A stretch of DNA of 45,613 nucleotides from Tubiluchus corallicola. Taxonomy: Eukaryota; Animalia; Priapulida. This document shows positions 11,511 to 23,562 of this stretch, piece by piece (within the stretch, counting starts at the first letter, position 1; every line of letters begins with the position of its first letter). The stretch lies in assembly GCA_030141605.1 (NCBI GenBank), contig JAQGDQ010001348.1, positions 1 to 45,613 of the forward strand. The letters run 5' to 3'. Under the pieces are notes generated by a model. That model had not been told where the DNA came from. It did no database searches and saw nothing but the letters and a program-made list of their open reading frames with translations. The position numbers and the translations under genes are program-made.

Positions 11511-12149
11511 GTAAGAATGTTCAATTGTTTTGCGAGAAATGGACGACTTTGTTGTCTTTTTGAGTGAAACTTTTATTTTAAATAATTTAAACATTGCTGG
11601 ATGGACATTGCAGTCGTATTAAATATTACTCTCAGCAAATTTTTGAAAACAATTTTGTAAAGAGGTGAAAAAAAAATTTGTGGTTTGAAACATAAAATCA
11701 ATTTTTACTCCTTCAGGGTCTTGTAAGACTTTACACATTGACAAACTGGCTTCTTTACCATAAAATGAAGCCACAGCATGCAGGTGAACTTATTCTTAAC
11801 TCCTTCAGGACCGCACCATTCAAAAAAGGTGTTTTCTGCTACTGTATGTACCGGATACTGTATTCCGGTACAGACATACCTAAATGATTACAAATTAGGT
11901 ACTGTTCCGTTCAGAAGAATCTTGACTATCCAATCATGCTATGCGACAAACATTTATAAGTGATTTAATTGGATAAAATTTAGAACAATACGCCCTTTTC
12001 AGGCACTCCAACCTTGCTTATTGAGTTGCTTAGTCTGGTGTGCACTTGCGTGATCGTCCATATTAGTTTATTGATCACCTGTTTGCTACAGCCCAAGCTG
12101 TCCAGTGTTCTACTGCTATTAACCCTGACCATTTTTTTTCTAATTACAG

Positions 12150-12333
12150 ACTGACCATTATCAACCCAAAGGCAGTGACCACTGCTACCCTTGCAACTGT
12201 TACTTGGAGGGGTCGGCGAATAGTACGTGTGACGTGGTCACCGGTCAGTGTCCTTGCAGGCGGTTTGTGATTGGACGAAGGTGTGACCACTGTCCGAGCC
12301 GAAATGCAGAAGTGACGTCACAGGGTTGCGAAG
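12150..12333 (+). CDS. CELSR: CELSR exon w7: laminin-EGF
   Basis: ttacag|ACT...GAAG|gtgaga. TDHYQPKGSDHCYPCNCYLEGSANSTCDVVTGQCPCRRFVIGRRCDHC...AEVTSQGCE. Not in the ORF track. Phase 0 to 1. Confidence 0.95.
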
Positions 12334-12419
12334 GTGAGAGTCGTTAAGGGGGGAGGCAGGAGAATTTTTCAGATACTACCCCATTTCAAGGCCAATACAT
12401 TTTAACACAATTAAAACTG

Positions 12420-12910
12420 CAAAAACTGGGAAAAATTTGACGTAAAGGAAGATGGGATGATTTTTAATATACTATCCCATTTTCAAGCATGATAAAAAGA
12501 ATACATTTTAAAACGAATAATACTGGATTAGCATTTCTAATAATTAAATAATAGATTAAAAACTTAATTAAGGGTTGGTGAGCCTAACTATTGATGACAT
12601 CACAAACTAACAATTTTTAACATCAAAAATTCACGCGTTTTGCGAAAGTGAAAATTGAAGTACAGCGCTACTGTAAGATATTCGGTATGTACTAAAACTA
12701 GGCAAGTTTTAAGATAAAAATTTAAATTTCAAATTTACTGCTGTGCTCACGCATGAGCTGTCGAACGTGTGCAGTTCATCACAAAGTAATGCATCTAAAT
12801 TGAATGGTACAGCACCTGTTTTTTGTGCAATGCATTTCAAAAATGGAGGCACCAGTGCTCATCTAACAAGCGAATGACGAAATGCATGTAACGGCAAAGA
12901 ACTAGTTTTG
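12420..12910 (+). mobile_element. Interspersed DNA element (inverted copy ~27520-28150; partial copies ~43548-43890 and ~19195-19310)
   Basis: Shared blocks such as GAGCCTAACTATTGATGACATCACAAAC and AATAATACTGGATTAGCATTTC. Confidence 0.75.
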
Positions 12911-13292
12911 TTTTAAAATTGAACTGTCATCATTTCCTGATGATTTTGACAAGGCTAGTTTTGGCAGTTGACTTCAGGTCGTCATCCATGACACTGTTTA
13001 TGCTTTGCCACTTCATTTTTAGTTAGACAACCAAAGTTGCGCGTGTGTCAGGAAGAAAAGGCAGTACATAAATGGTGTAAAATTTCCAGCTAATTTTTTT
13101 ACGCTTTGTGTAAATGGAGGATTTTCTTGTGCTTTTATAGGTTGAAGTTTGTTGCTAAAACAGCTTTTATCTAAGAGATACTACAGTCCATGCTGCAATA
13201 GTTATTTTTTGTTTACTATCACATACGACAATATTAGTTTTTCGTATCTATGGCTGTGATCTGAAGCTCATTATCCGACTCTTCATTTTTAG

Positions 13293-13394
13293 TTATCTAT
13301 GACCACTGTGCCAAAGGTTTTGCTGGTGGAATACTGTGGAAGCAGGCAGACTACGGCACGGTAGCCGTTCAAGAGTGTCCGGAAGGTTCTAACG
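13293..13394 (+). CDS. CELSR: CELSR exon w8: hormone-receptor (HRM) domain
   Basis: ttttag|TT...AACG|gtgagt. VIYDHCAKGFAGGILWKQADYGTVAVQECPEGSNG. Phase 1 to 1. Confidence 0.92.
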
Positions 13395-13405
13395 GTGAGT
13401 CATTT

Positions 13406-13483
13406 TGGGGCATTGTGGGATTGGATCATAATGGGGCATTGTGGGATTGAATCATAATGGGGCATTGTGGGATTGAATCATAA
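13406..13483. repeat. 26-bp tandem x3
   Basis: TGGGGCATTGTGGGATTG(G/A)ATCATAA x3, 11 nt after the donor. Confidence 0.9.
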
Positions 13484-14349
13484 TTAGTTTGTCTCATAAG
13501 TCTTGAGACCATTGTAATTCATTTTCCACCAAACTAATATGGTTTTTTAGGTTTAAAAATGCAAACTGTTCTCTCAAATGATTAAGAAAGTTGAGCTGGC
13601 AACACAAGTGGACGTGCTAAACTCAAGCCTCGAGTTCAAATCTGCATTGTGTTTCTAATTTTTTATTTGCGTTTATTTTTCTCTATTTGTTCGCAAGTGT
13701 TCAATTTTCTTTCTTTGATTTTGTTATATTCCAACCTCTAGCTTGAAATGAAGAGCAAATAAATGAACTAATATATATATTTAAATGAAATTGTTTATTA
13801 ATGAATTAATCATAATTAAATTAATTTCGCAAAACCAGTTTTCTTAATATTTGCAATGTAGTCATTGATTAACAAACATACGGACGGCTTTTTTATAAAA
13901 TTTGGCATGCTGCCAACTAGAATACAGCGTTCAGTGGTACGTCACCTTTTATTTGATAAGTCATGGTATGAATGGAGCCCGACTCTTTATGAAGGATAAG
14001 CCAGCTGTATGAGGCACTGCACCAGTAAGAGCATCTCAGCCATGTTTGGATGTGGAAATGTCAGTTTGTATGTGAGGTAAACATCCAGAATCAGCCTGGT
14101 GAATGAAACTGACTAGTTCGAGTATTGAACCCCATTAATTGTGATTGCCAAACCACACATTGACCATACTTAGTATGGCTTAACTTCGGTCATGAAGACA
14201 TATGCATGACCTGCTCGGCTGTACAAGCAAGCAGTGAAAAATACACCATTAGTTCTGTTAACTAAATTTTACTCTGTGCTTGGCGTCATAGAATCTTTGC
14301 TCTCATCTCGCTTGCATTTATGACCGATTTTTTTTGTTTTGTTTTGAAG

Positions 14350-14441
14350 GCATGGCTTCTCGACGTTGCGAGACGGACGGTTGGAGGAGACCGGAGTTAT
14401 TCAACTGCACCTCTGAGCTGTTTACTCCTCTCCGTAACAAG
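14350..14441 (+). CDS. CELSR: CELSR exon w9: HRM end
   Basis: ttgaag|GC...AACAAG|gtaggt. GMASRRCETDGWRRPELFNCTSELF. Phase 1 to 0. Confidence 0.92.
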
Positions 14442-14774
14442 GTAGGTAAAGGGTTAAGTAACTGCTTGTACAAGACATGTTACTGGAAAAGATAAACCTT
14501 TACTTACATGAAGCTAAAAAATTTTGTCAACTATGTACTCTGTGAAGGACGATAGTTAAAGTTACTGGGGGGGGGGGCTGTTTCAGAAAATTTCCAGCCA
14601 TTGTTTTAATATAACAGTCAAAAACAAAACAAATATATGTAATTTTAATTTTGTGATTTGTAATTATAATTTTATACAAACAAACAAACAAAGTCCCTAA
14701 ATAAATTGACAAAGTCCTAAACAAAAAACATTTTAGCTTACAAATAGCCTAAATTGCCGCAGTTCAAGAATATA

Positions 14775-15130
14775 CTGGGTTGTGGTTTTTAAGCACGTGA
14801 CAATTGACAAAAAACTATGTGAGTGACAGTACTTTTTCTACCTAGGAGCATACACTAGTAGTGCAGCCTACACTGTGTTATCTCAGAAATATGCGCTTGG
14901 CCACATGCACACAACAGCCATAAACACCACTCTGCTGGGCTGTGGTTTTTAAGCATGTGACAACTGACAAAAAACAATGTGAGCGACATTACTTTTTCTA
15001 CCTAGGAGCATACACTAGTAGTGCAGTGTACAGTGTGTTATCTCAGAATTATGCACTTGGCCACATGCACACAACAGCCATAAACACTACTCTGCTGGGT
15101 TGTGGTTTTTAAGCATGTGACAACTGACAA
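14775..15130. repeat. ~160-bp tandem repeat, about 2.2 copies
   Basis: CTGGG(T/C)TGTGGTTTTTAAGCA recurs at ~14775, ~14935 and ~15095. Confidence 0.85.
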
Positions 15131-15138
15131 CAAACACT

Positions 15139-15708
15139 CTAGTCCAACCCTAACCCTAACCCTAGTCCAACCCTAACCCTAATCCAACCCTAACCCTAAC
15201 CCTAGTCCAACTCTAACCCTAATCCAACCCTAACCCTAACCCTAGTCCAACCCTAACCCTAATCCAACCCTAACCCTAACCCTAGTCCAACCCTAACCCT
15301 AATCCAACCCTAACCCTAACCCTAGTCCAACTCTAACCCTAATCCTACCCTAACCCTAACCCTAGTCCAACCCTAACCCTAATCCAACCCTAACCCTAAC
15401 CCTAGTCCAACCCTAACCCTAATCCAACCCTAACCCTAACCCTAGTCCAACCCTAACCCTAACCCTAGTCCAACCCTAACCCTAGTCCAACCCTAACCCT
15501 AACCCTAGTCTAACTCTAACCATAACGCAACCCTAACCCTAACCCTAGTCCAACTCTAACCATAACGCAACCCTAACCCTAGTCCAACTCAAACCCTAAC
15601 CCTAATTCTAGCCCTAACTATTTCCAACCCTAACCCTAACCCTAGTTGATCCCTAGCCCTAATCCAACCCTAATCATAATCCTAACCTAATCCTAACCCT
15701 AACCCTAA
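15139..15708. repeat. Interstitial telomere-like (CCCTAA)n array with a 40-bp higher-order unit
   Basis: CCCTAA CCCTAA CCCTAG TCCAA CCCTAA CCCTAA TCCAA repeated, degenerating toward the right. Confidence 0.9.
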
Positions 15709-15839
15709 CTGTAATACCAACACCAACCCATTTCTTGTGTGTGGGGAATTGTAAATTCTAGCCAATACTTTACAATATATGGATTGTTTAAACTATTTAA
15801 GACTTTCTCAATCTTCATTTCTCCTTGTTCTTGTTTCAG

Positions 15840-16046
15840 CTTGAACTGTTAGAATCAGAAACTCTCCTCATCAACACGTATCTAGCCGTGCAACTCGCTG
15901 AAGATTTACAAATCGCGACTGCAGATGGCACTGCTTACGGCAACGACTTGTGGATCGCGTACAGAGTGCTAGTGAAGCTGCTAAAGTACGAGAGCGGTCA
16001 AACTGGACAACAGCTGACCCACAGACAGGACAACACATTTGTATTG
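15840..16046 (+). CDS. CELSR: CELSR exon w10: GAIN domain
   Basis: tttcag|CTT...GTATTG|gtgagg. YGNDLWIAYRVLVKLLKYESGQTGQQLTHRQDNTFV. Phase 0 to 0. Confidence 0.94.
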
Positions 16047-16689
16047 GTGAGGATTTTTAGACAGCTCACTGTAAAAATGGGATTAGTGTTTGATATGCAA
16101 AATTACGATTAATCTTTTTCACATATTTTTTGCTGGTTGTTTAGATGCGACTAGCGATTCTATGAAAGTTATTTATTCTCATTTCATTTATAGTACATAC
16201 ATATATTCTCATATCTCGTGTTTGCCAGACAAAAGCGGGGAGAGATCTGTCCGAATTTACCAATTATCCATGTTTCCCATGTGGGACCTCATGGTAATGT
16301 TCTATAAATCGGCTAATTGTCTCAAAAACGGCTAGTATGGGCCGCTTCTATGCAGTGAATGAATACTTGCAGATCTCTTGATGTTTTTTCAACTTCTCTC
16401 AATGTTCGTTTTACACGCTGTACAGAAAACTTTTTTTTCAACCTGCCGGTTTGATAAATACGTCTTTTGTCTGCTGTTCTGGGATTCGTTACCTTTGCTT
16501 CCTGTTTATGAATAAATATTTTTTTAAGATTAATTCTTTCATCTGCAAGGAAAACAACAAAGGTTTACGAACGATACTGCCTAGAGCGAGTATCGAACCC
16601 GTGCACCTTATCCATTCAGTTGCTGTCTCACCAAAAATGCTTACTGCTTCTTAAAGCAACATGTTTTGGGTTTTATGTTTTAGGACATA

Positions 16690-16853
16690 TTTTTCAACTT
16701 CAGCTTTTACACTCTATTTTCAACTTTTTCTTTCAAAACATTGTTTTTTCAACTTCAACTTTTACATTCTATTTTTAACTTTTTCTATCAGAACATTGTT
16801 TTTTCAACTTCAACTTTTACATTCTATTTTCAACTTTCTTTCAGAACATTGTT
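16690..16853 (+). repeat. 53-56-bp triplication spanning the exon w11 acceptor
   Basis: TTTTCAACTTCA(A/G)CTTTTACA...TCA(A/G)AACATTGTT x3. Confidence 0.85.
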
Positions 16854-17028
16854 AAGATTGTCAGTAATATCTTGAATCCAGACTACGCGGATCAGTGGCG
16901 GATCATCAATTCCAAGGCTGGGGGCACCAGTGAAATCATGTACAGAATGGAAAAGTACGGAGAGACGCTGACACAAAATCTACACGATACGTACACGTCC
17001 GAGTTTGACGTCGTCACGAAAAATGCGA
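16845..17028 (+). CDS. CELSR: CELSR exon w11: GAIN domain
   Basis: tttcag|AAC...GCGA|gtaagt. NIVKIVSNILNPDYADQW...MEKYGETLTQNLHDTYTSEFDVVTKN. Phase 0 to 1. Confidence 0.93.
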
Positions 17029-17110
17029 GTAAGTTACGAATTTTCACAACTTTGATCTTGTATTTTACATTTAATTTACCAAAACATATACCAGTCAGTA
17101 AATATGGCAG

Positions 17111-17590
17111 ATTTATAGAAACAAGTGCATTAGCTCTTCTACTTGGAAGAGGTTGCAAATCATTTAAATACAGGATAGGTATAACTGATTCAGATCTGTG
17201 AGTTTGCAGTTTGGGCAGTCAAACCCCAGAACATTTAATTTTTCATTGTCCGTTACCATTGGTTAGACAAGATATAAGAGTGAATCTCGAACGCAGCTTG
17301 GAAAATAATGACATTCGAAACATTTACAGAAAGAGAGACACTAATGTAATTAAAATGTATATAGATATTGTAAAAGAACTAACCCAAAATGATCTTATAG
17401 TAAATTGATTATACATTGATTATAAATATTAGATATATATTTAGAATAAGTAAATCGTAAAGCTTGTCTAGTAAGAAATTTCTTTAATGTACGTAGTGTA
17501 AAGACTTATTTAACATTTTTGTACTTTTGTGCCCTGCAAATAGAGGGCTTATTGTATAATTTTCTATAAAGATTTTTAATAATAATTAAA
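17111..17590 (+). mobile_element. Non-LTR retrotransposon 3' fragment, copy 1
   Basis: Decayed KYRIGITDSDL-C-x-C...QTPEHLIFHCP cysteine knuckle typical of a LINE ORF2 C-terminus. TAA-rich tail. Near-identical to 23956-24457. Confidence 0.8.
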
Positions 17591-18077
17591 TCTACGACAT
17601 TGTATCTTTCTTTGTTAATGCACAAAAGAAAATTCTTGTAATTTTGTATCAACTACATGCTGTCTTATTGTATACAGAACTTGCAGTAGTAGTAAAGCTG
17701 TATAAAACTAGTAAATTTAAACTCTGGTAATGACCGTTAGATGTAGCCATTTTAACAGTATGTCATAGATAACTGTAAGTCATAGATTTGAAACAAGTTT
17801 ATAGATAACACTGAGTAAAGTTTGAAAAATAATCAGAGCATTTGTATTACTCAGTAAGATCAATAATGTGTTTTTGGTGAATCAGTGGTGCACACTGGGA
17901 TTGCGATGCAGCACCAGGTGGTGAGAACATTTTTATCTGGGTTTGCCGGACCTCGCTTTTAGATTAGGACATTTTAGGAGTTTACACAATTTACACAATT
18001 TATACAGCATTACGGCCAATGCAAGCCATCGAAAAGGTAGTATGTAAGTGGTATCAAATTTTGAGACAAATTTTTCA

Positions 18078-18755
18078 AGTTTTAGGTAAGTGGAGGGTTT
18101 TCTTAAGTTTTAGGTAAGTGGAGGGTTTTCTTAAGTTTTAGGTAAGTGGAGGGTTTTCTTAAGTTTTAGGTAAGTGGAGGGTTTTCTTAAGTTTTAGGTA
18201 AGTGGAGGGTTTTCTTAAATTTTAGGTAAGTGGAGGGTTTTCTTAAGTCTTAGGTAAGTGGAGGGTTTTCTTAAGTCTTAGGTAAGTGGAGGGTTTTCTT
18301 AAGCTTTAGGTATGTAAGTGGAGGGTTTTCTTAAGCTTTAGGTATGTAAGTGGAGGGTTTTCTTAAGTTTTAGGTTTGTAAGTGGAGGGTTTTCTTAAGC
18401 TTTAGGTATGTAAATGGAGGGTTTTCTTAAGTTTTAGGTTTGTAAGTGGAGGGTTTTCTTAAGCTTTAGGTGTGTAAGTGGAGGGTTTTCTTAAGTTTTA
18501 GGTTTGTAAGTGGAGGGTTTTCTTAAGTTTTAGGTTTGTAAGTGGAGGGTTTTCTTAAGCTTTAGGTGTGTAAGTGGAGGGTTTTCTTAAGTTTTAGGTT
18601 TGTAAGTGGAGGGTTTTCTTAAGCTTTAGGTATGTAAATGGAGGGTTTTCTTAAGCTTTAGGTTTGTAAATGGAGGGTTTTCTTGTTTTAGGTTTGTAAG
18701 TGGAGGGTTTTCTTAAGCTTTAGGTATGTAAGTTTAGGGTTTTCTTAAGCTTTAA
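18078..18755. repeat. 28-bp (x8) then 32-bp (about x14) minisatellite, same family as 1623-2670
   Basis: AAGTTTTAGGTAAGTGGAGGGTTTTCTT, then AAGCTTTAGGT(A/T/G)TGTAAGTGGAGGGTTTTCTT. Confidence 0.95.
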
Positions 18756-18883
18756 CATTACATAATTTGTATATCACTGACAAAAAATGCAAACATAGGC
18801 AACAAATACTGTAAAATACTCATAGTGGACACTCATGTGCCTTCAATGTATAAACATCTCAAAGTAGTTTGTTATTTTTTCAG

Positions 18884-19030
18884 TTCTTGGACTGGACACC
18901 GTCCCTAGAAACTCGCTTGGCAACACTGTCATACCCAAATACAACAACTATCCACAAAACTCGGACATGTTTGATAAACAGACATCTGTCACGCTGCCAG
19001 AACTGATGAAGCGGGAAGGACAGAAGAACG
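18884..19030 (+). CDS. CELSR: CELSR exon w12: GAIN domain
   Basis: tttcag|TT...AACG|gtgaga. ILGLDTV...VIPKYNNYPQNSDMFDKQTSVTLPE (Flamingo-like PKYNNY). Phase 1 to 1. Confidence 0.9.
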
Positions 19031-19400
19031 GTGAGAATAAAAACTTTAAATTGCATTAGTCTGTCTTTGGGTTTATTGGGAAAGTTCAATTCAAACTTTA
19101 TGATTATTAAACTTCAACCAAAACCAGACCTAATCTTGAACCAGGTAAAAACCGGACACAATTTTGAACCAGGTCAAAACTATCTATTCTTTAAAATATT
19201 GAAAGAAAACATGGTATTTTTGCGAAATTGACATACATGAAAAAATCACTTTACCACACAAACACAATTTCGCGTTCGTGCCACTAGTTCTTCACTGTTA
19301 CATGTATTTCACCATTTATTAGTTAGAAAGCCATTGCTCTTTTTTAAAATCAATTAAAATGTCCAAATTTTATTTCATTTATTTACTCTCTATATTCCAG

Positions 19401-19659
19401 ATCATTCTGATGTTGCCGTGGTGTTCTACGTGATGTACCGTACACTGGGCGATCTGCTGCCCCGTCGCTATGGCAACAAAGTGCGCACGACCAACCTCAT
19501 GACGGTGAACAGTCCCATTCTTACCCTGGTGGTGCATGATGGGATAGCTAACGTCAAGGGCCGCTTGCAGGAGCCGGTAGTCTTGGATTTCCAACTGCTG
19601 GAGAAGCATAACCGAACAGGCGCTCAGTGTGTCTACTGGAGTCGTGCGAATCCAAAAAG
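19401..19659 (+). CDS. CELSR: CELSR exon w13: GAIN domain
   Basis: ttccag|AT...AAAAG|gttagg. YRTLGDLLPRRY...VNSPILTL...NRTGAQCVYW. Phase 1 to 2. Confidence 0.94.
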
Positions 19660-20658
19660 GTTAGGAAACGCGGGAAACCTTTTGATTTGCATTTTTACGA
19701 ATGCGATAATCTTGATTTTTCTCCCTTTCATAATTTGCAATGGTTTCAGTTAAACATTGTTTAACCCTTTGACTACATTATTGATGTTTGACTGGGCCAC
19801 ATTGACCTTTGGACGTTTGGCAATAACTTCTTGTGGTGTGTTAGTAAAACAGAATCTTGTAAATAAACAAATAGTTGTTTGTTATTGAGTACTAATATTA
19901 AACATTAGTTTTATTTCCATACATGCGAGCACACATACATGCACTCATGCACACACCCGCGCACATGTGCGTGCACACATTTATAAATAAGCATGTACTT
20001 ATATTTAGAAACCAGTTTTCACAAAAGATACATGTGTAATACATAATATGCATCTTATATGCATATTATCATTTTATAAGAATGCAGAGCAATCAGCTAA
20101 ATATATGTTTCATCAATGATCTACAAGTGATCTTGCTTGGGAACATACCATACTGTACGGTATTGTGGAATGAACCTGGCTTCAGATGCTGATTGGATGG
20201 TCAGCATTGCTTGTTGCGAAGCAACCCCAATCCCAAGGCTATTTAACTTTTCTACAATGTTTTTGCATGGCCATGGCAGTGAAATAAACAAACCTGGTGA
20301 CTGAGTTTAGTGCTGAACTTGGCCAGCAGTCTACCGCCTTCTGTCCTTTGCTTGAAAAGCATGGGCGGCAGTCAAGACGAGAGCCGCTAGTGTAAAATGT
20401 CGCAACTTTAAATTTATTTTACTAATTAAACAAGGCATTTATCACACCTTTATTAATGAAACATTTTAACATTTTTCCAGTACATCGAAATAAACTTCCC
20501 AGAAGTGTTGACTTTTCCTTTAACAGCTTCAGGATATAAAAATAATTAATGTACACGTAAAATCTGTTCATCATCGTTTTCCCAACACGGAAATTAAGCA
20601 TTCGCCTTAAGTGAAAATGTCGTAAAATTTTGAAGATAATTTTCTTTTTTCTTCGTAG

Positions 20659-20779
20659 GTTGCGCGGTGAGTGGTCCACGGGTGGATGCTTGATCGTATC
20701 CCACAATAAGACTCACGTTCGCTGTTCTTGCAGTCATCTTAGCAATTATGCAGTTTTAATGGACATATCAGCTGAAGAG
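20659..20779 (+). CDS. CELSR: CELSR exon w14: GPS motif
   Basis: tcgtag|G...GAAGAG|gtcaga. [35 protein letters not shown]. Phase 2 to 0. Confidence 0.95.
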
Positions 20780-21463
20780 GTCAGAATTATTTTATGTAAT
20801 TATTAAAACATATGGGGGCAAGGGGAAACAGAGGGTGATGAGACTGATGATAACGCAAATTGTTTCTGTGTGAACGTAAGCAGTGCTAGACCTAGTCAGT
20901 AAATTGATGGATGACCAGTTCTAAATCTATTTTGGTGCAGTAAATTGATGTATGTCTGCTAGGAAGATTGTTTTTGAGAAGTTTCGTCTATCATGCTACC
21001 TTCTGCCCTTTTCACTGCCCCTTTTATTGAGGAAGGATGGTCAAGAGCTCATTGCCTTGTCTTTGTGAATTAACATGATAATTAGATGAGTACTGGTCCT
21101 GCTACAATCATTTGTGGCAGTGAGTTTGACTTGCAGTGCCCAACTGTTTAAAAAAGGTCTCAATGAAGGTGGTGTGATCTGGTCTCTATTTTTTCTTTTG
21201 CCACTGACTTGTGCTGCCATCTGTTGGATCTTTTGAAATAAATCTTTTGTATCTTTTGTGTCAGTTACCCGAGTCAAGATGCTAGAGTGTACTTCGTTTG
21301 TTGGTGAACATTTTTCCGAAGCTGCATCTCAAAGATTGCCCATATTACTAAAATTGTGTAATTATATCAAATTTATTTTTGTAACTTTTTGAATTCTGTG
21401 TATTTATTGTATATGGTAGTAGTTTTTTATATATTTTTATTTAAATATTAATGTATTTTTCAG

Positions 21464-21670
21464 TACAAAGAACCAAACGCCGTGGCGCTTGCTGTCGTCA
21501 TGTACATCGGCATCGGCATCTCGCTCATCTGCCTCCTCCTGGCATTCCTCATCTTCTGTTGCCTTCCCAGACTCCGCTCGAACAGCAACAGCATCCACAA
21601 GAATCTGGTGCTCTCCATCTTTGTCTCGGAGCTGGTTTTTCTCATCGGGATCGGTCAAACTCATCATGAT
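21464..21670 (+). CDS. CELSR: CELSR exon w15: TM1-TM2
   Basis: tttcag|TAC...CATGAT|gtaggt. LRSNSNSIHKNL family-B GPCR motif. Phase 0 to 0. Confidence 0.94.
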
Positions 21671-22186
21671 GTAGGTATTTTGAAATGTTGTTCATAATCA
21701 GTGAATGTAATTTATGGTGACTAAGGAGGAAAAATGGGGATTTTTAAAGGACAAGGCAACGCTTTACTTACGCAAAGCATAAAAAATTCGTCTTGAAATT
21801 TTATATAGCTTACGTGGTACATTAGTGTACACAGAACAGGTATTGGCAGAAAGTATTGATTTTCTACAATTTGACAAGCTGAACGTTGTTATGGCAACTG
21901 TAGTAAACAAACAAAGCATCTGTTGCTTATACAGGAGAAGGTGCTAGGCCTCTTCGTTCGTATATTGGTGAAAAATTTTCCCAAGTAGCTACTCGAAGAT
22001 TCCCCATATTTAAATTTTACTTAATTATATCAATTTTTTTTTCGTATCGGAAGTGGTGCTGACAAGCCACTGGCGTAGCAGTATCTAGTTTTTTGCTGGA
22101 TTACTGCTGCGTTTACCTGTCATAATGGCAGATTTCTTTTATTTTAGAGTTCTGCCTGCCCAATGTCTATAATGCGTAATGGGCAT

Positions 22187-22462
22187 ATGATGATGATGAT
22201 GGTGGTGGTGGTGGTGGTGTTGGTGGTGTTGGTGGTGGTGATGGTGATGGTGGTGATGGTGATGGTGATGGTGATGGTGTTGGTGGTGGTGATGGTGGTG
22301 ATGGTGATGGTGGTGGTGGTGGTGGTGGTGATGATGATGATAATGATGATGATGGTGGTGATGGTGGTGTTGGTGGTGGTGGTGGTGATGGTGGTGATGA
22401 TGATGGTGGTGGTGGTGGTGGTGATGTGATGATGATGATGGTGGTGATGGTGGTGGTGGTGG

Positions 22463-22508
<46 letters not shown>

Positions 22509-22524
22509 GGTGGTGGTGGTGTGG

Positions 22525-22595
<71 letters not shown>
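22187..22595. repeat. (GGT/GAT)n compound microsatellite
   Basis: Direct reading. Confidence 0.95.
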
Positions 22596-22597
<2 letters not shown>

Positions 22598-22799
22598 ATG
22601 TTTTTGTAACAGCGACTTATGAAGGCTGACCTTGCGTGAATTATTTGTATAGCAGTAATAGTTTGTTTATTTATTTTTATTTAAATATTTTCTCTGGCTT
22701 GGACCACAATATGACCGCGTTTCTTCTGCACAGCATAGTTATCATGTATTTAGTAATACGATTAACGTACAACTTTTTCAAAGTTTCCGCTGTTTTCAG

Positions 22800-22953
22800 G
22801 TCGGGTGCAAGATCGTCGCCATCTGTCTCCACTATTTCTTCATGTGCTCGTTCACGTGGATGTTCGTGGAAAGTTTGCATTTGTACCGGATGATCACGGA
22901 GATGAGAGACATTAATCACGGTCAGATGAGATTCTACTACGTGCTCGGTTATG
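22800..22953 (+). CDS. CELSR: CELSR exon w16: TM3-ICL2
   Basis: tttcag|GTC...TATG|gtatgt. CKIVAICLHYFFMCSFTWMFVESLHLYRMITEMRDINHGQMRFYYVLGYG. Phase 0 to 1. Confidence 0.96.
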
Positions 22954-23217
22954 GTATGTGTCACTTTTACAGTGAACCTTTTACCCCTCGATTCTCTTTT
23001 GCGCTGAGTAAGAATAGATGTGCTGCGTTGTTGTCTCTAGCACCGCCTGGGGGGCAAGGTAAATATAGCACGAAATAAGGTGTTCAGGTGTAATTACACT
23101 CGTATCTCAGTTTGCTGGATCTTGCTTTTGCGCATATCGGAAGAATTGGACAAAATGTGGACCCTTAAAAAGTGCCGCATTTAACCCTACGGATTCTGTC
23201 CCTTTGTTATATTAGTA

Positions 23218-23562
23218 ATAGATTAGTAACAACCTCACAAGCAAAGAGCTTGAAGTTGAAAATGCAAAATTACAGACATGAAAAACATGTGTTAGATTAG
23301 TAACGACCTCACAAGCAAAGAGCTTGAAGTTGAAATGCAAAATTACAGACGTGAAAGAAACATGTGATAGATTAGTAACGACCTCACAAGCAAAGAGCTT
23401 GAAGTTGAAAATGCAAAATTACAGACGTGAAAAAACATGTGATAGATTAGTAACGACCTCACAAGCAAAGAGCTTGAAGTTGAAATGCAAAATTACAGAC
23501 GTGAAAGAAACACGTGATAGATTAGTAACGACTTCGCAAGCAAAGAGCATGAAGTTGAAAAT
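23218..23562. repeat. ~75-bp tandem repeat, about 4.5 copies, two alternating variants
   Basis: TAGATTAGTAACGACCTCACAAGCAAAGAGCTTGAAGTTGAAA recurs five times. Confidence 0.9.
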
